From assembly GCA_024277355.1 (NCBI GenBank), contig JAJRVL010000003.1, forward strand, positions 1 to 18,994: DNA of 18,994 bases, given 5' to 3'. Shown here piece after piece: positions 7,669-14,273 of this stretch; the first letter of the stretch is position 1, and every line of letters starts with the position of its first letter. Both the position numbers and the translations under genes were made by a program. The notes under the pieces were generated by a model. It was given only the letters and a program-made list of their open reading frames with translations, did no database searches and was not told the origin of the DNA. Source of the stretch: an archaeon. GTDB lineage: Archaea; Iainarchaeota; Iainarchaeia; Iainarchaeales; 1-14-0-10-31-34.

Positions 7669-8337
7669 ATGATTCCAGAAGACAAAATAGAGCATTTAGT
7701 TGAAAAATACATCAAACATGGACAAACCATTGGAATTGGTTCAAGCGAATTAGGATTAAAGTTTTTAAAAAAAATGGCTTTAAAAAAAGAAATTGAAGGT
7801 TTAGATTTAAAGATTGTTCCAACTTCAGCTGAAATGACTTTAATTTTAAAGCAATTAAATTTAGAAGCAGTTTCTTTAGATGAAAAAGAAGTTGATATAG
7901 CAATAGAATTTGCTGATTTAATTGACTATAATTATAATTACATTAAAAAACAGTCAAAAAGTTTTGTCAGAGACAAAATGATTGCTCAAAGCGCTGAAAC
8001 ATTAATTATTGTTGCAGAAAAAAATAATTTTGTTTCAAAATTATTTGGAATAGTTCCATTTGAAGTTAGTCCTTTTTGGTGGAAGAGAACTAAAATGCAG
8101 TTAGAAAATATGGGGGCTTCAAGAGAAAGAAAACAGGAAAGTTTAACTAAAACTGAATCAGGAAATTATATAATTGATGTTTTAACTGATTCAATTCCTT
8201 CTCCTGAAGAATTTGAATACCAATCAAAAGAAATTCCCGGAATACTGGAAACAGGATTATTTGTTGGTTATGCTGACAGAATAATTTTACATGAAAAAAA
8301 CAAACTTGAAGTTAAAAGCAGAATAGGAAAAAATTGA
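7669..8337 (+). CDS. rpiA: Ribose-5-phosphate isomerase A-like protein with divergent active-site and phosphate loops
   Basis: 222 aa colinear with RpiA. GIGSS corresponds to GxGTGST, VPTS is kept, VDIAIEFADL corresponds to DGADE, IKKQSK to KGGGG, and TESGNYIIDV..IPGILETGLF to TDNGN..IPGVVE.G.F. Confidence 0.6.
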   Translation: MIPEDKIEHLVEKYIKHGQTIGIGSSELGLKFLKKMALKKEIEGLDLKIVPTSAEMTLILKQLNLEAVSLDEKEVDIAIEFADLIDYNYNYIKKQSKSFVRDKMIAQSAETLIIVAEKNNFVSKLFGIVPFEVSPFWWKRTKMQLENMGASRERKQESLTKTESGNYIIDVLTDSIPSPEEFEYQSKEIPGILETGLFVGYADRIILHEKNKLEVKSRIGKN

Positions 8338-8387
8338 ATTGTTATACTTTAAATTGTTTTCCTTAAAGAAAATAATACTACTTCTTT

Positions 8388-8462
8388 GCCGGTGTAGCTC
8401 AGCCTGGTTAGAGCGTTCGACTCATAATCGAAAGGTCGAGGGTTCATATCCCTCCACCGGCA
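8388..8462 (+). tRNA. tRNA with CAU anticodon (elongator Met, or Ile2 if C34 is modified)
   Basis: gccggtg-ta-gctc-agcctggtta-gagc-g-ttcga-ctCATaa-tcgaa-aggtc-gaggg-ttcatat-ccctc-caccggc-a. G1:C72 and an AU-rich anticodon stem argue against an initiator. Confidence 0.88.
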
Positions 8463-8634
8463 TAACGGTTTTGTCCGTTAACACCGACACACGACTTCAC
8501 TTTGTTCAGTCCTGTTGTTTTAAATCTGACAGCTGGATTGAGCAAGAGAGATTTATCTCTCGTTTTCGCAAACCTTTGCTCGCAAAGGTTTAAAGCAAAT
8601 GTCTTATCCCGTGTTAAACCAGCGGAACGGTTTT
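8463..8634 (+). ncRNA. GC-enriched, highly structured 172-nt spacer between tRNA-CAU and tRNA-Glu. Candidate ncRNA, processed leader or MITE-like insertion.
   Basis: Hairpins: taacgg/ccgtta (8463-8468/8475-8480), gagaga/tctctc (8546-8551/8556-8561), and aaacctttg-ctcg-caaaggttt (8570-8578/8583-8591, 9 bp). A long-range stem pairs ttaacac (8478-8484) with gtgttaa (8611-8617). No convincing ORF. Confidence 0.3.
8464..8473 (+). repeat. 10-nt direct repeat AACGGTTTTG, copy 1 (copy 2 at 8626-8635)
   Basis: Exact 10/10 match. Copy 1 starts 2 nt after tRNA-CAU. Copy 2 ends on the first nucleotide of tRNA-Glu. Confidence 0.6.
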
Positions 8635-8709
8635 GCTCTGGTAGTGTAGTCCGGTTAAGCATAATGCCCTCTCAAGGCATTGACCCGGGTTCAAATCCCG
8701 GCCAGAGCA
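8635..8709 (+). tRNA. tRNA-Glu (anticodon CUC)
   Basis: gctctgg-ta-gtgt-agtccggttaa-gcat-a-atgcc-ctCTCaa-ggcat-tgac-ccggg-ttcaaat-cccgg-ccagagc-a. Confidence 0.9.
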
Positions 8710-9339
8710 TTAAAATTCAATTAAATCCAAAAAATCTTTTTTAGTTATTTCACTGATTTTTTTATCTTCAAAAAAAACATTTCCTTTTTCCGGAAGAATT
8801 TTCCAGACTGAATTAAAGCCTTTTTCTTTAATTTTATTAAAACAATTTTTTATGTTTTCATAATGTTGTTTTGATTTTTCTTTGAATTCTTTTTCTGGTT
8901 TAAAGCCTTGAATTAATAATTCACAAAAAGAATAACTTTCTTTAAAATTTGTTTGTTTTTTTAATGAAATAAAAGGAAACAAACTGCATTGTTCTGGTTT
9001 AACTTCATGAATTTCACATAAACCGTTTTTTAAGAAAACACAATAACTTGTTTTTTTTAATGAAATACTAGGCAAAACAAAAAAATATTCTGCATTACTT
9101 TTTTTAATTAATTTTTTCTTTATTTTTTCTGAAATTAATTCTTTGTTTATTACAAAATAATTTTCTGATTCAAAAGAAGGAAAAAACTGCAAAGACAAAT
9201 CACAATACTGCTGAACAAAAGTTTTTTCAGTTAAATTCAGTTTTTTTCTTATTTTTTCTGCTTCTTTAGGCAATAAAGTAATATTATATTGTTTACAGCA
9301 TTGTTTACAGTTTGAGCAAATGCTTTTAATTGATTTCAT
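8710..9339 (-). CDS. YkgJ-family (CxxCxxCC) cysteine-cluster protein
   Basis: 209 aa. N-terminal CSNCKQCC and distal GLCEIHEVKPEQC..FPF motifs are characteristic of the putative Zn/Fe-chelating UPF0153 family. Its stop codon abuts the 3' end of tRNA-Glu. Confidence 0.6.
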   Translation of the reverse strand: MKSIKSICSNCKQCCKQYNITLLPKEAEKIRKKLNLTEKTFVQQYCDLSLQFFPSFESENYFVINKELISEKIKKKLIKKSNAEYFFVLPSISLKKTSYCVFLKNGLCEIHEVKPEQCSLFPFISLKKQTNFKESYSFCELLIQGFKPEKEFKEKSKQHYENIKNCFNKIKEKGFNSVWKILPEKGNVFFEDKKISEITKKDFLDLIEF

Positions 9340-9382
9340 TAGAAAATATTTACTACTTCATTTCTTTAAATGTAAGTTTTTT

Positions 9383-9454
9383 GCCTCTATAGCTCAGTGG
9401 CAGAGCGACTGACTTGTAATCAGTAGGCCGGGGGTTCAAATCCCCCTAGAGGCT
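9383..9454 (+). tRNA. tRNA-Thr (anticodon UGU)
   Basis: gcctcta-ta-gctc-agtggca-gagc-g-actga-ctTGTaa-tcagt-aggcc-ggggg-ttcaaat-ccccc-tagaggc-t. Confidence 0.92.
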
Positions 9455-9508
9455 TTAAAAGAAAACTATTTTATACTTTTAAAACTTTAATATTTGGAAG
9501 GTGATTCA

Positions 9509-9940
9509 ATGGAAGAAAACATTCAGTTTATAGCTAATACTAAAGGATGGGTGGCAATAAAAAAAATTAAAGTAACCGAACAAACAGACCCAAAAAATGT
9601 AATGGAATTTCTTGCTTCATTAGGAACAGGATTAGACAGAAAAGTAGAAGAAAATTTAGGAAAAATAGTTGAAATAGAAAAATTAAATTTAGTTTTAGAT
9701 GAAATATTAAATGATACAGTAAAAACTCCTGGAGAAATCATAAAAGAAGTTAATGGAAGAAAAATCAGTTCAATAGTAAACGAATTAGTTGAACAGGATA
9801 AATGGCAAAAAGGAGAAAAAAAAGAAGTAGGCGAATTCCTAAAAGTTTATGCAATGAAAAAAGCATTAAAAACAGTTAAAATTAGAGTTGATTACTCTGA
9901 AATAAAAATTCCTGGAATGAAAAAAACAAAAAAAAAGTAA
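9509..9940 (+). CDS. Hypothetical Lys/Glu-rich protein (143 aa)
   Basis: The track ORF starts at TTG 9494. I prefer ATG 9509 because AAGGTGA (9498-9504) sits 4 nt upstream. No family recognised. Probably co-transcribed with the PAP2 gene 12 nt downstream. Confidence 0.5.
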   Translation: MEENIQFIANTKGWVAIKKIKVTEQTDPKNVMEFLASLGTGLDRKVEENLGKIVEIEKLNLVLDEILNDTVKTPGEIIKEVNGRKISSIVNELVEQDKWQKGEKKEVGEFLKVYAMKKALKTVKIRVDYSEIKIPGMKKTKKK

Positions 9941-9951
9941 AGTGAAAATAA

Positions 9952-10827
9952 ATGTCAATGGATATTGAAATATTGCAGGCGGTTCAATCATTTCATCCGA
10001 TTCCAGTAGAATATATGGATTATTTAATCAGAGGATTAACTGAATTAGGTTCTCCTTTATTATGGCTTTTTTTAGTTGCATTTTTGTACTGGAAAGGACA
10101 AGAAAAACAATCATTTCATTTAATGAATTTAATTGTTTTTTCTGTTTTAGTTGTCGGTGCAGCAAAAGAATTCTTCCAAAAACCAAGGCCTTCAGTTGAA
10201 CAAGGATTTCGTGTATTAGTAAACGAAAGATTTGGCGGATTTAGTTTTCCTTCAGGACATTCAACTATGATTGCGGCAATATTTGGTTTTTATTTAAATC
10301 ATAAAAAAAAATTAATTGTTTTTGGTTTAGGTTTAGCTACAATAATTGTAGCTTATTCCAGAGTTTATTTAGGAGCCCATTTTCCTTCAGATGTAGTTGT
10401 AGGAGTAGCTTTAGGAACTTTAATTGGAATGGCCAGCAATAATTTACTGAAAAAATTTGATGATTATGCATTAAAATTAAGCAAAATACAGGATGAAATT
10501 ATTGTCGCAGTATTATTAGTTATTGCAATACTTTTGTTGATTTTTATTCCAAAGTTTGTTTACGGCGGATTATTTTTTGGTTATTACGGAGGATTTTTCT
10601 TTTTAAGAGAAATAGAATTCAAACAAAAAAGACTATCAAAAAAAGATGTTTTAACTAAAACTTTAATTGGTTTTATTGGAATGATTTTATTAACAATCCC
10701 AATAATTTTAAAGCCATATAATTTATCTGAATCAATTCAGTTTAGTTTAATGGTTTTATTGGGTTTATGGGTTTCAGTTATAGTTCCAGTTTTATACGAA
10801 AAAGCTTTAAATCCTTCAAAACAGTAA
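9952..10827 (+). CDS. PAP2-family membrane phosphatase (undecaprenyl/dolichyl-diphosphate or lipid phosphate phosphatase type)
   Basis: All three PAP2 motifs are present (KEFFQKPRP, FPSGHS, SRVYLGAHFPSDV), plus additional C-terminal TM helices. Confidence 0.8.
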   Translation: MSMDIEILQAVQSFHPIPVEYMDYLIRGLTELGSPLLWLFLVAFLYWKGQEKQSFHLMNLIVFSVLVVGAAKEFFQKPRPSVEQGFRVLVNERFGGFSFPSGHSTMIAAIFGFYLNHKKKLIVFGLGLATIIVAYSRVYLGAHFPSDVVVGVALGTLIGMASNNLLKKFDDYALKLSKIQDEIIVAVLLVIAILLLIFIPKFVYGGLFFGYYGGFFFLREIEFKQKRLSKKDVLTKTLIGFIGMILLTIPIILKPYNLSESIQFSLMVLLGLWVSVIVPVLYEKALNPSKQ

Positions 10828-10847
10828 ATATTAATCAGATTTTTTAT

Positions 10848-11013
10848 CCCGCCTTTGCATAGTAGTAGTGCGCTCGGCTGTAGTTTTTGTTGAACACTGA
10901 AAAAAGTGTTAAGGGATGACAACTGTACTCTGAGCAAAAGCGAAGTACTGTATCGTTCCGTCCGATCGAAATCGGACACCGAGAGGTCCCCGGTGCAAAT
11001 CCGGGAGGCGGGA
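10848..11013 (+). tRNA. tRNA-Tyr (anticodon GUA) interrupted by a 94-nt intron at 37/38
   Basis: Acceptor cccgcct/aggcggg (C1:G72, the archaeal Tyr identity pair). D arm gcat-agtagta-gtgc. Anticodon stem ctcgg (10873-10877) / ccgag (10979-10983), loop ct-GTA-g..a. Variable region aggtc. T arm cccgg-tgcaaat-ccggg. Discriminator a11013. Mature length 72 nt. Confidence 0.8.
10884..10977 (+). other. tRNA-Tyr intron (94 nt), near-canonical BHB with a structured interior
   Basis: Central helix 10878-10881:10972-10975 (C:G, U.G, G:C, U-U mismatch). Bulges at 10882-10884 and 10976-10978. Outer helix ttttg/cgaaa (10885-10889:10967-10971). Interior hairpins are aacac/gtgtt (10893-10897/10906-10910) and gtact/agtac (10925-10929/10944-10948), with alternative tccgat/atcgga (10961-10966/10971-10976). 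Confidence 0.65.
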
Positions 11014-11088
11014 ATTTTTCCTCAAAGAAAAAGGACTGACGAGCAGACAATAACCATTAAATACAACTAATTCTTAATAATAATTGAA

Positions 11089-11634
11089 ATGAATTGGAAA
11101 AATAATAAAGCAGTTCCTATAATAGTTGCATTGCTTGTTTTGATTATTTTATTTCTGTGGACACAAGGCTTTTTTGCAGACCCGCTACAAAAACAATTAG
11201 AAAACCAAAAATGCTTTAATGACACGGAAAAATTAATGAATGACTTTAAACTTGCATTAGAAAAAACTGCAACATACAAACAGCCTTCAACCTTCGAATT
11301 TACTCCTTTAGCGTGTTTAGAAAACGAAAAATTTCTTGTTATTAAATCAGATGATGAAAAACTGTGCCAAAGAGCTTGTTTGAGTTCTTCTTCAAGTTGT
11401 ATTCTTTTAAGATATTCAAGTTCTAAAATCACAGGAATTCAAGACAAATGCATTAACATTTCTCCTGAAACCCAATTCAGCACTACAACAGAAAATCCTT
11501 CATTTTGTGATGAAGTAGAAAGTTTTTCTCCAGTTAAAATTGATTTTGATAAAACATTAGAAAAAGGAGAATATTACTTTGTTTACTCCACATCAGAAAC
11601 TCCTATTGTCTGCTCTTACTTAAAAAGTGATTAA
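11089..11634 (+). CDS. Secreted or membrane-anchored Cys-rich hypothetical protein
   Basis: 181 aa. The N-terminal MNWKNNKAVPIIVALLVLIILFLW looks like a signal or anchor, and about 10 Cys are scattered through the rest. No family recognised. Confidence 0.5.
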   Translation: MNWKNNKAVPIIVALLVLIILFLWTQGFFADPLQKQLENQKCFNDTEKLMNDFKLALEKTATYKQPSTFEFTPLACLENEKFLVIKSDDEKLCQRACLSSSSSCILLRYSSSKITGIQDKCINISPETQFSTTTENPSFCDEVESFSPVKIDFDKTLEKGEYYFVYSTSETPIVCSYLKSD

Positions 11635-11758
11635 GTGAACTTCAAACCGCTTACCACAAACTTCCCACAAACTAAAAGCAAATCTGGAAGGTGGGATTAT
11701 TTAATCACGCCGAGCAGAAAGAAAGATAAATTTATAAATTAGTTGAACTAATTTCATG
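11635..11758 (+). repeat. Left copy of a diverged direct repeat flanking the TA cassette. Contains mini-ORF VNFKPLTTNFPQTKSKSGRWDYLITPSRKKDKFIN (11635-11742).
   Basis: Matches 12322-12418 in three colinear blocks. Block 1: 11635-11661 vs 12322-12348 (21/27). Block 2: 11679-11699 vs 12363-12383 (15/21). Block 3: taatttcatg at 11749-11758 vs 12409-12418 (10/10). Confidence 0.55.
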
Positions 11759-11772
11759 TTAGGTGAAGTTAT

Positions 11773-12036
11773 ATGAGTAAAAGTGTTGCTATAAATGTTA
11801 AAGTAGATGAATATACAAGCAGAGTGCTTGGAGTAGTCAAAGAAAAATACGGACTGAATGACAAAGGAGAAGCATTAGATAAATTTGCAGAAATGTATGG
11901 AGACGAATTTGTAGACAAAGAAGTAAAAGAAGAAGTGATAAAGGAAGTAATTGAATCTTGTAACAGACATATCAAGAAATATGGTTTTAGAAGCAGAAGT
12001 GTTAAAGACCTCAGAAAAATAATTGAGGAAAAATAA
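11773..12036 (+). CDS. Putative antitoxin (DUF2683-like small archaeal protein)
   Basis: 87 aa. The N-terminal VAINVKVDEYTSRVLGVVKEKYGLNDKGEAL pattern resembles the DUF2683 family that pairs with RelE-like toxins. Its stop overlaps the next ATG (TAATG). Confidence 0.55.
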   Translation: MSKSVAINVKVDEYTSRVLGVVKEKYGLNDKGEALDKFAEMYGDEFVDKEVKEEVIKEVIESCNRHIKKYGFRSRSVKDLRKIIEEK

Positions 12037-12320
12037 TGCCTTTCAAGTATGACTTCAGCGACGAGCTAGAAGAAACACTAACTAAATTATACAAAAAAGA
12101 CAGAAAAAGATATGAAGCAATAATGAAAAAAGTTGAAGAAATAGCGTCAAGAGATTTGAACACAATAGACTTTTACAAAAATTTAAGGCACGATGAAAAG
12201 GAATCCAAAAGAGTCCACATAGACAAAAGCTTTGTTTTATTATTCAAAGTCTTCAAAGAAAAAAACTTTATTTTATTTGACAGATTTGACCACCACAATA
12301 ACATTTATAAGAGGAAATAA
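12036..12320 (+). CDS. RelE/ParE-superfamily type II toxin
   Basis: 94 aa with LTKLYKKDRKRYEAIMKKVEEI...KNL...KRVHIDKSFVLLFKV...ILFDRFDHHNNIY, matching RelE/YoeB-type size and motif order. Translationally coupled to the upstream small gene. Confidence 0.6.
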   Translation: MPFKYDFSDELEETLTKLYKKDRKRYEAIMKKVEEIASRDLNTIDFYKNLRHDEKESKRVHIDKSFVLLFKVFKEKNFILFDRFDHHNNIYKRK

Positions 12321-12321
12321 T

Positions 12322-12418
12322 ATGAATTTCAAACATCTTATCTCAAACAACACGCTTTCTTACAAATCCAGAAGGCATGATAACTTTTTTAAGTTAATTC
12401 TATTTAAATAATTTCATG
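12322..12418 (+). repeat. Right copy of the diverged direct repeat flanking the TA cassette. Contains mini-ORF MNFKHLISNNTLSYKSRRHDNFFKLILFK (12322-12411).
   Basis: See the left copy. This copy starts 1 nt after the toxin stop and ends on the ATG of the lipoprotein-like gene. Confidence 0.55.
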
Positions 12419-12718
12419 AATAAAAAAATATTGGTTTTTGGAATTCTTTTTCTGGCTGTTTTTTTAAGCGGTTGTAATGAAACAGAATATTTAGGTCAAT
12501 ATGACAACCCAAATACTGGTTATTATGATTCAGCAAATGATTCTGATTCAGAAGCATGCGGGAACTCTGGACAGTCCTGCTGTCAATATGTTGGAACAGA
12601 TGAATTTGGAATGATTACTGGAAGATATTACTGCAATCAGGGATTGGAATGCAGAATGGAAACCTGTGTTGAAGGCGCAGATTACCAGGCATATGACAGA
12701 ACAAATATTTATAATTAA
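12416..12718 (+). CDS. Small Cys-rich putative lipoprotein
   Basis: 100 aa. Signal peptide with lipobox-like LSGC (MNKKILVFGILFLAVFLSGC), and a mature part with 7 further Cys (ACGNSGQSCCQY..YYCNQGLECRMETC). Confidence 0.55.
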   Translation: MNKKILVFGILFLAVFLSGCNETEYLGQYDNPNTGYYDSANDSDSEACGNSGQSCCQYVGTDEFGMITGRYYCNQGLECRMETCVEGADYQAYDRTNIYN

Positions 12719-12729
12719 TTGGTGAAAAA

Positions 12730-12996
12730 ATGAGTTTGGATTTAATTGGGAGTTTTGATTTATTCAAATTAATTGGAATTTTAGGTTTACTACTTATTTC
12801 AAGCGGAGTAATTATTACTGCAAGAAAAAAAGAAGATATTTTATTTATTCTCGGAGGATTATGTCTTGCAATTTACAGTGTTTATATTCAGGATTTAATT
12901 TTTATTGTATTGCAGGTAATTTTTATTGCTTCAGCTGTATATAATTTAATTAAAACAATAAAAAAAGAAAAAGAAAATACAGCTAAATCATTGTAA
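12730..12996 (+). CDS. Small three-helix membrane protein
   Basis: 88 aa, three hydrophobic helices and a basic C-terminal tail. Its 3' end overlaps the convergent helicase gene by 9 nt. Confidence 0.45.
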   Translation: MSLDLIGSFDLFKLIGILGLLLISSGVIITARKKEDILFILGGLCLAIYSVYIQDLIFIVLQVIFIASAVYNLIKTIKKEKENTAKSL

Positions 12997-14088
12997 CTGC
13001 TGTATTACTGTATTGTTTCTTGTGCCAATTCTTTCAAGGACGTCATATTCCATTAAATTAGAACAAAAACTGATTGCTCTTCCGGTTCTTCCTTGTCTTG
13101 CAGTTCTGCCAATTCTGTGCAAATAAGTTTCTGATTCCTGTGGGAAATCAAAATTAATTACATTGCCTATATCATCAACATGAATTCCTCTTGCAACAAC
13201 ATCGGTTGCAATTAAAATGCCGTCTTTTGATTTTTTGAATTCTTCAATTATTCTGGTTCTCATATTTTGTTTTTTGTCTCCATGAATTGCAAGGACTCTG
13301 ATTTTTCTTTTTAAAAACTGTCTTTCAATCCAGTCAACAGTTCTTTTAGTTCTGCAAAAAACAAGTGTTTTTGAATCATCATTTGAAAGAACATCAAATA
13401 AAGCATTGAATTTCTTTTTATTGTCAACCATTAAATAAAATTGTTTAATCTGCTGTACTGGAGCATTGTCTTCACTTAAATCAAAAACAATTCTATCATG
13501 CTTTAAATGCCTGTTAATTAAATCAAGAATTTCTTCGGGCATTGTAGCAGAAAAAACTAATGACTGTCTTTCTTTTGGAAGAAAAGAAATTATTTTTGAA
13601 ACATCTTCTCTAAAACCCATGTCAAACATTTTGTCTGCTTCATCTAAAACCAAAAATTTTGTTTTATTAAAAAATAAAATTTTTCTTGAAATTAAATCAA
13701 GTAATCTTCCTGGAGTCCCAACAATTATTTCAGGCCTTCTTCTAAGCAATTCAATCTGCCTGTTAATGCTTTGTCCGCCAAAAACAGCCATTGATTTAAT
13801 AGAACTGCCAACTGCAATTGATGCAATTTCTTCTTTTACCTGTAAAGCTAATTCTCTTGTTGGAACAACAATTAAAGCAGAACAGCTTTGTCCTTTAATT
13901 ATTTTTTGAATTAAAGGAATAGCAAAAGCCGCTGTTTTTCCTGTTCCTGTTTTGGATTTTCCAACTAAATCTTTTCCATCTAAAGCTGAAGGAATAACTT
14001 TTTCCTGTACTTCTGATGGTTTAACAAAACCTTTATTTTGTAAGGCTTTCTTTATATTTTCATTTATGTTTAGTTCACTGAACTTCAA
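12988..14088 (-). CDS. DEAD-box ATP-dependent RNA helicase (minimal two-RecA core), TTG start
   Basis: Q motif (FVKPSEVQ), motif I (SKTGTGKTAAF), PTRELA, TPGRL, DEAD, SAT, ARGIHV and HRIGRTAR. TTG 14088-14086 is immediately preceded by an in-frame TAA, and GGAG lies about 9 nt upstream. Confidence 0.9.
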   Translation of the reverse strand: MKFSELNINENIKKALQNKGFVKPSEVQEKVIPSALDGKDLVGKSKTGTGKTAAFAIPLIQKIIKGQSCSALIVVPTRELALQVKEEIASIAVGSSIKSMAVFGGQSINRQIELLRRRPEIIVGTPGRLLDLISRKILFFNKTKFLVLDEADKMFDMGFREDVSKIISFLPKERQSLVFSATMPEEILDLINRHLKHDRIVFDLSEDNAPVQQIKQFYLMVDNKKKFNALFDVLSNDDSKTLVFCRTKRTVDWIERQFLKRKIRVLAIHGDKKQNMRTRIIEEFKKSKDGILIATDVVARGIHVDDIGNVINFDFPQESETYLHRIGRTARQGRTGRAISFCSNLMEYDVLERIGTRNNTVIQQLQ

Positions 14089-14273
14089 TTAATCAACTCC
14101 GATTATAAAAAAATAGAAAAATAACGCCATTATATTAACAATAAACTGTTAAAAATTTTCATTTAAGAAAAAAATAGTGTTATTCTGATATTTCTTTTTT
14201 AATACATAACTAATGGATGCAAAAGTTTTTAAAGTGAAAATCTTTTATGTTATTGGTTTGGTTGCGATAAATT

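Noticed and set aside
6636-8534. Exact 10-mer tctgacagct shared by the ParB/EamA intergenic region (6636-6645) and the inter-tRNA element (8525-8534)
   Set aside because: It is a single 10-nt match with no extended similarity on either side. Matches of that length are expected by chance among all position pairs in 19 kb.
8463-8634. RNase P RNA, SRP RNA, 5S rRNA or an additional (split or permuted) tRNA in the inter-tRNA element
   Set aside because: The element is too short for SRP RNA or standard RNase P RNA. I could not find the conserved CR-I/CR-V-type blocks, a 5S-like three-way junction, or any T-arm (GTTCRAnnC) or acceptor complementarity.
8339-8744. Track ORFs 8339..8593 (+), 8444..8662 (-) and 8502..8744 (+)
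   Set aside because: They run straight through tRNA-CAU, the structured spacer and tRNA-Glu. They owe their length to the locally higher GC content, have no SD or recognisable domain, and overlap one another.
10737-11432. Track ORFs 10737..10979 (-), 10844..11050 (-) and 11067..11432 (-)
   Set aside because: The first two overlap the intron-containing tRNA-Tyr gene. The third is antisense to the better-supported 11089..11634 ORF, which has a signal-anchor N-terminus. Their composition looks like antisense-of-coding artefacts.
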